Source: Rhizodiscina lignyota (Eukaryota). From it: a DNA stretch of 64,000 nt. The notes under the pieces are model-generated. The model saw nothing but the letters and a program-made list of their open reading frames with translations, was not told where the DNA came from and did no database searches. Below are positions 1-11,874 of the stretch, one piece after another (within the stretch, counting starts at the first letter, position 1; the number at the start of each line of letters is the position of its first letter). The stretch covers positions 186,001 through 250,000 of the forward strand of contig ML978127.1 in the NCBI GenBank assembly GCA_010015805.1. The letters run 5' to 3'. Position numbers and translations under genes: made by a program.

Positions 1-455
1 GCCGAACACCTTCTGAGTTGGGACGGGTCCATGTTGCCGGAGGAGCACCGATGTCGCCCGTCGTTGACAGCTATCAATCGACCCCGCTAGGATAGCTTCC
101 CACCTCCGTTTGATACTCTTTGTCATGAGAAAGTCCTCGGCCCTGCATGAGTCTTGCGTATCAATCGAGCCGATGCGGGCATACGCGATAGAGCATTTTC
201 TGCTTGCAGAATCAGGTAAAGTATGGCTGGTATAAGAGATTCCAATTCCTTTCCTGTCTCTACTCCACCTCCTCACAAGTACAGAAGCCCTCCTCCCAAT
301 CTTGGGTATACTGAACCAGCGCTTTCTTCAGTGAGGGACGGTCCTGCCTTTGACTGCCGACATTCTATATTCGACCGTTTACCAAGTCGGGAGCGTGTAT
401 CTAGCCAAGCAAGGGAGCATTAAGACTGCGTGTAGAACCGGCTACAAGCTACAAT

Positions 456-2352
456 ATGACAGCTAGTTGGGAGCAGACGGCTACGGCAAAGCGTAATGCC
501 ATATATGAGAAGATCCCACAGGAATGGCGCCTTGCGAAGATTCCCACTGCCGAAGAACAGAAAGATGTTACAGGCACATATGTCCATCAATTCCTATCGG
601 AGAAGGAAATAGAGATAACTGAGACGGATGCTGTTGGTATTGTCGAGAAGACGACGAGTGGGGCGTGGACAGCGGTGGAAGTAACTAAGGCATTCTGTCA
701 TAGAGCTGCAATTGCTCACCAGCTTGTATGTGCAGAATACTTCATCCTGAGCCTGGAGTCTCTTCGAGGACAGTGCTAATACGATGGCTTTACAGCTCAA
801 CTGCCTCCTCGAAATATTCTTCGACGCTGCTATTGCCGATGCACAAGCCTACGACGACTACTTTGCGAAGAACAAAGCTCCCATCGGCCCCTTGCACGGT
901 CTCCCAGTCTCTCTGAAAGATCAGTTCCATGTCAAGGGCGTGGAGACTTCAATGGGATATGTTGGCTGGATTGGTACATTTGAGGGCAAGAAAGGGACGG
1001 GCAAGGAGAAGGTCTTCGAGTCTCTGATGACAACGGAACTGAAAGATCTCGGTGCAGTGCTTTACTGCAAGACAAGTGTGCCGATGACACTGATGACTGG
1101 CGAAACGATCAATAATATCGTAGGCTTCTGCTTGAACCCGAAAGACAGGTTTCTGAGTGCTGGTGGGAGTTCCGGTGGTGAAGGAGCTCTAGTGGGATTT
1201 AAGGGAAGTCCTGTAGGCTTTGGAACAGATATTGGTGGCGTGAGTGGTTCCATACGCTATGATTTGTTGCCAGCTGATCGCATCTAGTCAATCCGAATTC
1301 CTGCTGCATTCAATGGTATGTACGGCCTTAGGCCATCAGCGGGACGTTTACCATACGAGGGCATGGCGAATAGCTGGGATGGACAGAATACCATCTTGTC
1401 TGTTGTTGGGCCAATCGCGACATCGGCACGTTCGCTCAAGTTGCTCGCCAAATCTATCTTATCGACCAAGCCATGGCTCCACGACCCGCTTGTACACGAG
1501 CTGCCATGGCGGCCTGAACAAGAGCAAATCGATACAAGCAAGTTGACGTTTGGCGTCATCAAGCACGATGGTATTGTTACACCCACCCCACCAGTACGAA
1601 GAGCGGTGGACATGGTCGTAAAAGCGCTCGAAAAGAGCAGCCATGAGGTAAAGTCTGGATATGTCTGCAGCAATTCTCCTTTTAGCTAATTGGCTTAGGT
1701 CATTGATTGGTCTCCCACACCTAATCACGAAGCGATTCTCAAAACCGCTTTCAAAACCTGGATTTATGATGGCGCAGCGCACGCACATGAGTCTTACGCG
1801 CTGTCCGGCGAGCCTGCCGTACCGCAGTTGGCCAACTTCGGTGACGAGCCGGGACCCCAGTACAACGCGTCACAGATTGCGGCTGTCAATGTAACGAAGC
1901 GCCAACAACAGAAGGAATACATGGAGTATTGGAACTCAACTGCAAGCAAGACGAAGAGCGGAGCACCTGTCGACGTAGTGATATCCCCCGTTGCCCCATA
2001 TCCTGCTGCAAGGCGAGAATTGTTCAAGTATTACGGGTATTCGGTGTGGGTGAATCTGTTAGATTATACGAGTGTTGTCGTGCCCGTTACAGTGTCGAGT
2101 AAGGAGTTGGATCCGGTAGACAAAGATTTCAAGGCGGCGAATACAAGTGATCAGGAAGCCCACGATGCTTGTGAGTGGCACTCTCGTACGAGAATTGGAC
2201 ATTGAATAAGAGCTGACATGACCATAGATGATCCCGACATTTACGATGGTGCAGCCGTCAGCATCCAACTTGTGGGCCGTCGACACCAAGAAGAAAAGAC
2301 TATTGCGATTGCCGAATATGTTGCAAAGGTCCTCAAAGATGCTGCTACATGA
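456..2352 (+). CDS. Amidase-signature family enzyme (acetamidase/AmdS-like), 5 exons
   Basis: Spliced protein contains GPLHGLPVSLKD, GGSSGGEGAL and GTDIGG|SIRIP, the amidase Ser-cisSer-Lys signature. GT-AG introns at 726-795, 1240-1287, 1648-1698 and 2171-2227 restore one frame ending QLVGRRHQEEKTIAIAEYVAKVLKDAAT*. Confidence 0.93.
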
Positions 2353-2418
2353 TACCAAGCCAAACTATAGTCAGGTCATACTGTAAGATTGGATCAACAG
2401 TCTGATTTGATAGACTGG

Positions 2419-3398
2419 TCAGGATTTCCTGCCTATGACAGTTTTAATGTAAAACACCACATACGCACCGTTCTCAGCCTCCTTCTCCATCTGTGCTACG
2501 ACGTACTCCAATTCTTCCAAGCTCCATGCTGCTTCCGCTCCATTTTGTATCGCCTGTTTACCAACGCCTAGCACCACACGCATCTCCACCTTCGTACTGA
2601 TCTCCCGAAGCTCAGGAAGACGATCACTGGTCACGGGGTCCAACACGACATCGTTCAGACCCGCCCCTTTGAATGCATTGAAGAGATTCTTGCAGGCTCC
2701 GGACAACCGATGCCTGCACAGCTCCCACAATTTGTCGCACCCTTTTTGCAGATATTCCGTTGATGCGCCAAGCTTGTCGCGAAGAGCGGTGTGCATGGGT
2801 TCAAGGTCGATTTCAGCCCACTGGATCCAACCTCCGGGCTTCAGCAAGGTCTTCATATTGTTCACGACAAGGATCCAGTCCATGGAATCCATGGCGAGAA
2901 GGAGCAGTCTCGCGTGGATCATATCGAATTGGCCGTGGAATTCTGCTGGGAAGGGGCGCTTGACGTCTGCAATGTGTAGGTGCACATTTGACGGTACTGA
3001 GTCCTGAGACGGGAACTGCGCGCTTGAAATATCGAAGCCATCAAAGGTCCAAGAAGGATGCGTGTCTTTCGTAGAGTGTGACAGGTCGAGGGTCCAGATT
3101 CCAGTGCCTGTTGCTATGTCTGCAATACGAGCATTAGGAGGGAGCGTCGCTTCAATGGTGGGGTGAACGCGATAGCCTTGGTTTCTGAGCAGTGTTTCAG
3201 TGACATGCAGAGTTGAGGCAGAGTTGAGGAGAGACGCCGCACTTTACCCAGACGTGATGCTGCTCTATGAGGCGCCGCGATTCATATGAATCACGATTCA
3301 GCAGGTAGTTCTGGAGCGTATTAGTTCCATGACTGGCAGTATATAGGAGTCAGCTGCACTTTACGCGATGCATCAAGCGATGCGTCGAGATTCTCCAT
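2419..3398 (-). CDS. Class I SAM-dependent methyltransferase (LaeA/TdiE-like fungal family), 3 exons
   Basis: The frame extends upstream of the listed ORF to RIADIATGTGIW (motif I) and FDGFDIS, followed by FDMIHARLL and LKPGGWIQWAE. The N-terminal exon reads NYLLNRDSYESRRLIEQHHVW. Introns are inferred at about 3311-3359 and 3185-3242; the start codon is less certain. Confidence 0.85.
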
Positions 3399-4538
3399 CG
3401 TAATGCTTTCGACTTAATGAACGGTTCTAGTTTGACGACGTCAACTCAGCGCCACGCTTTATAGATGCAGCACGATGCGCTTATATGTAATCCATGCCTT
3501 AATAAGCACTATGATGGTATACGAGAAGAGATAGACAATACTGATCGAAGAACATCTGACCGCAGCAACAATGACATTTCGATGGAAGCTAACCAAGCAA
3601 TATCAAGATTGTAAACTTCAGGTCAAGTCCACGGCGCCATAATCGGCTTACCGCCAGACACTCGCGCGAGTACCTTCAAATACGACGAACGCCTCTGGTA
3701 AAGACACAAAATTCAACAGGCGTATGAACTTGTTTCTATGGAAATGCTGACCTGAGCAAGATCTCCACGTAAAGTTCTCTCGTGAGCGTATGGACCCGAC
3801 TGAGGTAATGTGGAGAGGCTAGACGAGGTCTCGTTTCAGCAAAGGAAGTTCCTTAACTTGGTGCATCAGTCCGGCGCAAAATTCGTGGATTCAACAAGTC
3901 TGGTGTGGCTTGAGGATGCTGGTGGGATGAAGGCCGTCTATGAGACTCCTCTACCGTAACACAGCATAGCTGGCTACATCTATCGGCAAATCGTTCTGTG
4001 GCTTGCAGGTGGCCTCTGTTGAAAATCCTTCGGCAAATGACTAAACGCTTGCGCTCCACATGCTGCTTTGGTAGTTTGCCAGACACCAGGCATTTTTGGT
4101 GTTTTGAATCTATCTGTCCGAAACACAAGTTCATGGCGAAGTGTTCTCTAGATGTGGCAGTGCAGAATATTTCGCTTCCAATCGCTAAGTGCATCAGCTC
4201 GCCGTAATCCAGCTTGCTCGGCCTGGGTGACTGCCCCTCAGCTCCCGAGAGCTCTCTCGATTCGGACACCGCGGGAAGAACAATGTCAGCGGTGTAGTCG
4301 CATCGCGCAAAACGATATAAATATTAGATTATCGACTTACTGAATGAAATCTCCTAAGCTTGAGAAGTTAGCCTTAGGCAATGAAGTATATCAAAGTGCT
4401 TGGTTTCCCCGGCTACGCACAAGTTCAAATACATTTACGGCAAGAACCAATCAATTCTACATCTTGACACTCAGGCTTTCCTTTACCTAACTCTATCTAA
4501 TTCGGTCTTACACATACAATTTCCTCTGTTCTCTCACC

Positions 4539-6897
4539 ATGGTTCGAAAAGCAAAAGATCCTGTCATTGGTGAAGGTATCACGGTGACCGCACAGCAATC
4601 TCGCTTCCACGTTGACTCGGTTGAAGCTCCAACTCTGAAAGAGATTCTCGTGAAAGACCTTAGCATCTCTATTAACCAGCGAGAGCTTCTTGCCCATGCA
4701 GAGCTGTTCTTAAAAGAGGGTGGCCACTATGTGCTAGTGGGACGGAATGGCACAGGAAAATCGACTTTGCTGAAAGCATTGGCAGAGGGCATGATTCCCG
4801 GAATTCCCTGGAGCTTCAATATCCTCTTGCTTGGGCAGACGACGATCTCGGCGAGTGTAGAGGAAGATATGTCAAACTTGGGCATTCGGGACGAAACGGT
4901 GTTGCAGCATGTGGTTCGCAGTGATAAGAAGAGGGAAAGGTATATGCGGGAAGCTTCTCGTGAGCATTCGCCAATTCTTTTGGGCCGTTGCCGGCCGTAT
5001 ACGTTCTCTAATTGGCTCTATAGTCTTGTCGTCAGCGTTGGAGAGTACGACCGACCCCACAAAGCCTGTGACAGCATTCCGGCGGATCACTCATGAAAGG
5101 CTGGAGCTCAAGATGGAGGAATCAAGTCGGAGAGCCGACCGTATCAGCTCATCAAGAAGAGATGGCGCGAGAGGGTTAAAGGCCAGGAAGGCACTAGTCG
5201 CAGCAGAGGGAGAACTTGAAGCCTCCCAAGAAAAGCTCGGCCAAGAGCCTTCCGCAATCGACACGGAAGAGATTAGTCGGGAGACACAGGCTGCAACAGA
5301 GATGCTTGGAGACGTACAGAGTGCTCTGGAGCTGGTACGCAATTCTTAGGAGAGAGAGAAGAAATGAGCTGACAATATACAGATGGATGCTCCGGCAGCA
5401 GAAGCAAAAGCTCGTACCGTCCTGCGGGGTCTCGGCTTCTCTGTCGACAAAATCGAAGACTCCATGTCGCAGCTTTCCGGTGGATGGCGAACGAGGTGTA
5501 AAATTGCATGCGCACTGTGCCAGTATCCGGATATTCTTCTACTGGACGAACCGACAAACTTTCTCGATCTCCCGTCAATTATCTGGCTCCAGAACTATAT
5601 CCAAAGTCTGGAAAAGACCACCGTTGTGGTGGTTACTCATGATCGCGACTTTGCCGACGCCGCAGCGCAAGAGCTGCTCGTGTTGAGGAATCAGCAGCTC
5701 GAAACATTCCGCGGTAACCTCTCACTGTATGAAGCGGAGCGTTACAAGAACCAGAAATACATGGCACGTATGAAGGACGCTCAAGAGAAGCAGAAGAAGC
5801 ATATCGAGGCCACAATCCAAGGCAATATTCGGGCTGCGAAGCGAGCAGGTGATGATAAGAAGCTCAAGCAGGCAGCGTCCCGCCAGAAGAAGCTGGACGA
5901 CCGAATGGGGCTCGAAGTCTCGGCAAAGGGTACCAGGTTCAAGCTTAATAGAGACCGGGCAGGTCAGTATGGATTGTCAAGCCGGGCGGAGATCAAGATT
6001 GATCGCTTTGAGACTCCGGTGAGGCTGAACATACCGGTTGCAGTACCCGATCTGAGATTTCCTGGCGCACTGGTTAACCTGGAGAAGGTTTCGTTCGCAT
6101 ATCCCGGGAAGAAAAGGTTGGAAGTTTTGAAGGAAGTTAGCTTGACGATCCATCCTGGAGAAAGAATCGGCCTCGCTGGTCTTAATGGATCAGGAAAGAC
6201 AACGTTGGTGTCGCTTATCATAGGTTCCGGAGAGGGCGCTTCGAGCACGGGTGGCATGAGTCCGACGAGCGGAACGATAACGCGCCACTCAAGAGCAAAA
6301 TTCGCTAGATTTTCGCAGGACGCAGTTGAAGAGCTAGAGGAAACAGCTGCAAGGGAATCGCAGTTGACGGCTCTTGCGGATTTAATGAGACGTAGTGAAA
6401 ACAGTCTCACGGAGCAAGAGGCTCGCGGGATTCTGGGCGGCCTCGGGCTGCAAGGACCGATTGTATCAGACGTGCCAATCATTGCACTGTCTGGAGGTCA
6501 GAAGGTTCGATTGGCACTCGCAAAACTGTTATGGAATCCACCGCATTTGCTCGTGCTCGACGAAGTAACGACTCATCTGGATGCCGACACGATATTGGCG
6601 CTAGTATTGGCATTGCGAAGGTACGAAGGTGCACTACTGGTGGTGACGCATGACAGATTCTTCATGAGATGCGTGGTGGAGGGTGAGAGCCCATACAAAG
6701 AGGCAGATCGAGTTGGCCTGGAAGAGGAGGATGATGGGGATAGTGACGAGAGTGATGAGGATGGAACGGGGAAGAGGGGAGTGGTGTACAGGATGTTCAA
6801 GGGGAGTTTGAAGCTGCTTGAAGGGGGCATGACGCAGTACGAAGAGATTGCCTCAAGGGCGAGCTCGAAGTTTGGAAAGATTCCAGCAGGATTGTAG
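4539..6897 (+). CDS. Soluble ABC-F family ATPase (two nucleotide-binding domains, no transmembrane domain)
   Basis: NBD1 has GRNGTGKS, LSGGW, LLLDEPTN and THDR. NBD2 has GLNGSGKT, LSGGQ, LVLDEVTT and THDR. A charged linker joins them. Introns at 4960-5023 and 5335-5382 join the three ORF pieces in frame. Confidence 0.92.
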
Positions 6898-7700
6898 AGC
6901 TTGTGCTGAAGACCTGGCCACAAAGGTCAAAGCGGTCATATTTGCGCTCCATATTGTCATCATAACAGGGTATGGTCTTGATAGGAGACTGCTTCAGCGT
7001 GTCTGACTCGTGATATCGTTCTTGTTCGGAGACTTGCGGAGAAGTCTCCTAGGTTTTAGCGCTTGAAAATGAGGCTGCTCTGTGCGGGAGACGTGCAAAG
7101 GCAGCCCTGAGTATTGTTTTCGGAATGCCGGGAGAAAGATCAATTCAGCTTAGATTGGCAGGGAGACGACCATGGGCTAAATTCGTGGGAGCACTGCATT
7201 TCCTTGCAAGCCGTAGCAACGGACTAGACTCTCGTCGCCAGAAGCGACCTCTCCAAAGAGTGTGACGCTGTCCAAGACGGCTGCGGCAGGCTATATAGGG
7301 AAGGGGAGGCAGGGGATGTAAGGAGGCTAAAGGAGCAAAAGTCGGGGAGAGCTCAGGGGTGACTGACCCGGCGTCACGTTAGCGCGCGCCACGATCGTGG
7401 GCTGGCGTGCACGTCCCACATCGAAAAGGGACGGTACGTCTTTTGACGCTCTCTAAAACTGGCAAACATCGTTGCGTCTCTTTGCCCGTTTGCGTTTCCG
7501 CCGCGTCCTCCACCTTTTCTGTACATTTCCTACGCTCATTTCCCATCTTACTTCAATGTAGCCACTACAATCTCCAAATTTTCCGCTTTCCTTTCTACCC
7601 TAGTCATTCGTTAGCAAACCCCCGCGTCTCCGCATTTGCAACTTCTCCTGCCCTGTACCAATTGCTCTTAACTGTTCTCGACGCTCTTCCGAAGAGCAGC

Positions 7701-10004
7701 ATGTCGGAACAAGTACAAACGACTTCTTCGACGCCTGTTTCTACGCATGAATCATCTACCCCTGTTGCAACGACTACTGTCTCCACCACAAAGGCTCCGA
7801 AGGACAAGATCTGCCCCTTCTGCCAAACGCCGTACACAGCATCCTCACTTGGCAGACATCTTGACGCGTATATCCGACCCAAGAACCCAAAACCGGTCGA
7901 TGGCTTACACGACGTCGACAAGATTCGAGAGATGCGGCAAAGCATCACGCGGAGGCAGATGCTAAAGAAAGTGAACACCAAACGAGCATCATCTACTTCA
8001 CAGTCACGCAAAGTTTCTGGGGCAAGCTCCAAGCAACCTTCAACTGGAGACGGTGACGAAGATATGGACGACGACAGCCCGACCTCCCCTCTTACCTCGG
8101 CGCCACCGAAGAACCCGAACATGACAGAGAATGGGGAACAGATGCGGTGGAAGATAAATGAGCTCAGCTGGCATGATACGGGTGTGATGAAGAATATCCC
8201 TCCACGGTCGTTGTCAATTGGCTCGGAAGCCCAAAGAGACACATCGAGGCAGCGGAATCTGAAGTCTGGCTTGGAGTCACGACGGAGGGTTTCGGACGAG
8301 CTTGATACTGCTAAGGCAGCGGAGATGGCATTGAAGGAGGTCCTTGGTAAAGTGAAAGAGGCCAGTGCACGGTCGGTGCAGGCGGGCATTTTCGATTTCG
8401 ATCCTTATGAGCTCAACTTTCCTGCGCTCTGTCTTAAGATACTACCTTCGCCTCCTACTTTGCGGTCTCAAACCCCTTTCCCAACGAACGAATCGTGGAG
8501 TCTCTCTCCACCGGGCCAGAGACAGTGGGAGTCTCTGCAGCGTGCTGTAAAAGAGAAGCTTGTAGGATATCAGAGGGCTTTCAATGGGATCTCGGGGTCG
8601 TCGCCCCTGCTTACCCCACCCCCTGTGGACATGGACTTGAACCGGTTGAAACATCACTTGCACGAGGCCTACAGCAATTGGCAACGTCTACCGGATGCGC
8701 AGAAGCAAGAGACGTGGCAGTTGGAAATACTGCGATCATATTCTCTTGCCGAAGAGAATCGGAAGGATCTGCAAGATAGGTTGGATGTCACAATCAAGGA
8801 GAACGAGGAACTAAGGAGACAATTGGAAGTAATGAGACAGGCGCTTGAGGATGACGGCGTGGAAAGAGGTCGTGAGATCTCGCGCATCCCTTCTGTGCCT
8901 TCTATCTCTCCGCAGACAGTGCAAGAGATTTGGAAGCTTGGATTCGACACACGACAATGGGATTATGAGTCTTTGATCGAGAAGTGGAAAGCAGCAATGC
9001 GTGAACAGAACCAGGGTGCAAATGGAATGGCTGCGCAACGGAAGCTCTCCGCCGCTCCTGCGCTGACGGTGAATTCGAGGGCTGAAAAGCCAAAGGCTCG
9101 CCAGTCCAATGCGAGGGATAAGGCTATCCAAAGCGCTGCTGGATTGAATAGCCGTTCTGCATCACGGTCCAGATATCAGAGAACATCCGATCAGGGGATC
9201 GTGAATACAGACATGACGGGTCATCAACATGAGCAGAGTAATGACCCGGATGCAGACGCAGAAGCAGAAATGGATCATCCATCCCAGTTGCAACCGGTAC
9301 ATGTACACCATGGCCTTCCACAAGCGCGATCTCCCAGGCCGCCCACTCCGCAGATGAACACTCATTTATCTGCACATCCTTATCATGACCAACGTCGGTC
9401 TTCAGCACAGCTATCTCCACACTCGATGCCAGGCCAGCAGCGTCGCCATTCTACTCAGTTTCAGCTTTCACCGCAACCCCCGCAAGGTCAACAACAGTCG
9501 CATCCAGACACACTCAGTCGAGCACCGCAGCAGATGATGCAGTTTTCGCAAGCACCTCCTCTTCTGCAAATCCCACAAAACTCTGAGGCACAGAACATGC
9601 CAGTGCAATCATACACGACGCAGTCACTTCAACAACCAACGATGCAGAGCTGGATGCCACAGCATCCGCAGCACCCACAGGCTCACCAACAAGCCCCTAA
9701 CCCCGTACAAGCCCTCACGCCTGTTTCAGTCTCGATGCCAGACCAGCCGCAATTCAACCAGCCTACAATTGCGGACCCTCAGTTCCAGCATCTTGGGTTA
9801 CAAGTGCCTTCAAACGACGGAAGACGCAACTCGCATCCCATGATCGACCCTGGCCATCACATCGATATGCAAGGCGTCGAAGCGCCATCCTCCGCAGGGC
9901 CATTCATGAATCATAGGATGGCTCTTGGTATAGATGGTATGCCGATGGGGTATGTTGGGACTAACATGGGGATTGTCGGTGGCGGTGGAGGAAGAGTAGG
10001 ATGA
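7701..10004 (+). CDS. Uncharacterised protein with a CxxC..H zinc-binding-like motif, a coiled coil and a Q/P/H-rich low-complexity C-terminus
   Basis: Long intronless ORF with first ATG at 7701. It contains KICPFCQTPYTASSLGRHLD, a heptad-like segment (EENRKDLQDRLDVTIKENEELRRQLE) and a Q-rich tail. Confidence 0.8.
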   Translation: MSEQVQTTSSTPVSTHESSTPVATTTVSTTKAPKDKICPFCQTPYTASSLGRHLDAYIRPKNPKPVDGLHDVDKIREMRQSITRRQMLKKVNTKRASSTSQSRKVSGASSKQPSTGDGDEDMDDDSPTSPLTSAPPKNPNMTENGEQMRWKINELSWHDTGVMKNIPPRSLSIGSEAQRDTSRQRNLKSGLESRRRVSDELDTAKAAEMALKEVLGKVKEASARSVQAGIFDFDPYELNFPALCLKILPSPPTLRSQTPFPTNESWSLSPPGQRQWESLQRAVKEKLVGYQRAFNGISGSSPLLTPPPVDMDLNRLKHHLHEAYSNWQRLPDAQKQETWQLEILRSYSLAEENRKDLQDRLDVTIKENEELRRQLEVMRQALEDDGVERGREISRIPSVPSISPQTVQEIWKLGFDTRQWDYESLIEKWKAAMREQNQGANGMAAQRKLSAAPALTVNSRAEKPKARQSNARDKAIQSAAGLNSRSASRSRYQRTSDQGIVNTDMTGHQHEQSNDPDADAEAEMDHPSQLQPVHVHHGLPQARSPRPPTPQMNTHLSAHPYHDQRRSSAQLSPHSMPGQQRRHSTQFQLSPQPPQGQQQSHPDTLSRAPQQMMQFSQAPPLLQIPQNSEAQNMPVQSYTTQSLQQPTMQSWMPQHPQHPQAHQQAPNPVQALTPVSVSMPDQPQFNQPTIADPQFQHLGLQVPSNDGRRNSHPMIDPGHHIDMQGVEAPSSAGPFMNHRMALGIDGMPMGYVGTNMGIVGGGGGRVG

Positions 10005-10251
10005 TTGTAGATTCCCCATGCATAGCGGTTTGAGAATATCTGGGACGAATTCGTGAAAATATTATGCAGTCTGGCACGGCTGCGAAGATAAAAGCTAGTA
10101 ACTTGTATTCACATAGCTAGTGAGCTGAACAAAAAACTTTGAACACCGCCTAATGCGTTAAATATCATCCGTGACCGGGGTATATCCGTTTTCAAACGCC
10201 AAATATGCAATGGCCTAATGTCAAGCCAGCCGTTTTACCAATGTCTCTGTT

Positions 10252-11385
10252 CTAGAAAATGTCATCTGCGCTACTCGCCGCCGCAACAGCAGCAGTCTGT
10301 GTCGCAGCAGTTGCATCACTCGGTTTGTCCTTCCCTCCAATCTCATCCCCAACAAATACCGCCAGGCCCGCAAACGCGTCGGAGAGAGTGCGCGAATAAT
10401 ATTCTTTGAGATCGTATCCTCCAGCATATATCTGTGGGTCCTTCTTTGCCATGTCGAACCAATCCCACTTGTAATCGTCCTGCACGACGAAATAGCTGTG
10501 GTCCACCTTGTAGCCGCCGAAGGGGTCGTATGGCTTCTCTGGCTCGGGAGCAGCAGCACGCCCTTTCAATCCCTTGAAACGGAGACCTGTATCTTCCTTC
10601 GCCATAGACTCCTGCTGCGCTGCTGCTGCGGCAGCCTGTTTCTTCCTCATTAACGCACGCGCAGTCTCACTCGCTATCTTCCGTGCGTCGCTCACGTCCC
10701 CGCTCGCCAGGCGATTAATGACATCTTGTCTCCCCTCTAGCCGCTCTCTTCGCTCTTCCTCGTCTTGCCTGACTGCTGCTGCACGCCGCTGCTTGGCTGC
10801 CTCGTTCTCCGCCGCCTGCCGTGCTTGGAAGGACTTTGTCTCCGTCGCTGCGAGGACTTCGTTTTCGTCAATCTCGCGGCGATTTGATTCTTGGTACTGC
10901 GCAATCTTTCGATTTGTGGCTTCGATTTCAATGCCGTTGAGCAGGTTGAATGTAATGTCCTCCACTTGATTCAGATAGTCGTTGTAATCCCTCAGCGACT
11001 CGAAATCTTCCTCGCGCTTGTTGAAGGTCTTCGCCATCTTCCGACGAATATCGACTTCTCGCTCCACGGCGATATCTTCGAAAGTGAGAGGGCGGAATTT
11101 GCCTTTTCGTAACGTGCGCTTGCAGCCGGCGACGGGGCAAGGTGCCGGTCCGTGAGTGAAGATACGGTCGACGCACGACTCGCACATTTTGTGGTAGCAT
11201 TCCGGATTGACGAGGAATCGCATGTTCGGGTTGAGGTACGTGGAGGATTTACAGACTGGGCAGATTTCTGTGGGTTGAGGTATTAGTATGAGACCGTCTG
11301 GAATTGAGCTCTTGAACATACCTCCATCGTTGACGAGGCTGCGCTTGACGCCCTGCGCGCCATCGCGGTGCGCGAGCCTGGACAT
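10252..11385 (-). CDS. TFB3: CDK-activating kinase assembly factor MAT1 / TFIIH subunit Tfb3
   Basis: N-terminal RING (CPVCKS..YLNP..ECYHKMCESCVDRIF..GPAPCPVAGC) followed by the MAT1 domain (FEDIAVEREVDIRR; YNDYLNQVEDITFNL). Probable 54-nt intron at 11268-11321. Confidence 0.95.
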   Translation of the reverse strand: MSRLAHRDGAQGVKRSLVNDGGMFKSSIPDGLILIPQPTEICPVCKSSTYLNPNMRFLVNPECYHKMCESCVDRIFTHGPAPCPVAGCKRTLRKGKFRPLTFEDIAVEREVDIRRKMAKTFNKREEDFESLRDYNDYLNQVEDITFNLLNGIEIEATNRKIAQYQESNRREIDENEVLAATETKSFQARQAAENEAAKQRRAAAVRQDEEERRERLEGRQDVINRLASGDVSDARKIASETARALMRKKQAAAAAAQQESMAKEDTGLRFKGLKGRAAAPEPEKPYDPFGGYKVDHSYFVVQDDYKWDWFDMAKKDPQIYAGGYDLKEYYSRTLSDAFAGLAVFVGDEIGGKDKPSDATAATQTAAVAAASSADDIF

Positions 11386-11874
11386 GGTTGCTCCTAGTAT
11401 TTTTGGAGAGAGGGAGGTGAAAAAAGGACGCCAGGAAAGTGAAGAGGGGGATGCTTTGGAGAGAGGGGGGAAGGTGGAGGAAAGATTGCTAATATAAAGA
11501 GGGCGCTGAAGCTTAGATAGCACGCTAGGTCCCACACATGAATGTGGCGTTTTCTGCGGAGGCGGATGTTGCCGAGCACGCCTATGCCCCGTCTACATGT
11601 AAGGACCTGAATAGTTCAACGCAGCCATCGCGAAATCCAGTTGAGCGCGAGGCTGTCTAAACAATTCGATGGCTCTTCTGTAGACCTCTTCTCGGCGCTT
11701 CTTCAAATCTCTGCCGCACCGTCTCTCCCGTGACTCACACTACTAACATCTCGCGTCAAAGTGTCCGGCAGCTGGTCTCTCTTTAATGTCGAGCGTCAGA
11801 ATTGGGCATGTATCTTTGGTCTCTGGAAATTATTTCATGCATTCACTCCTCTTGCCTTCAGAATTCGCTTGATC

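Noticed and set aside
3560..4343. Short ORFs between the methyltransferase and ABC-F genes
   Set aside because: There is no family motif or consistent exon structure, so I cannot distinguish them from intergenic sequence.
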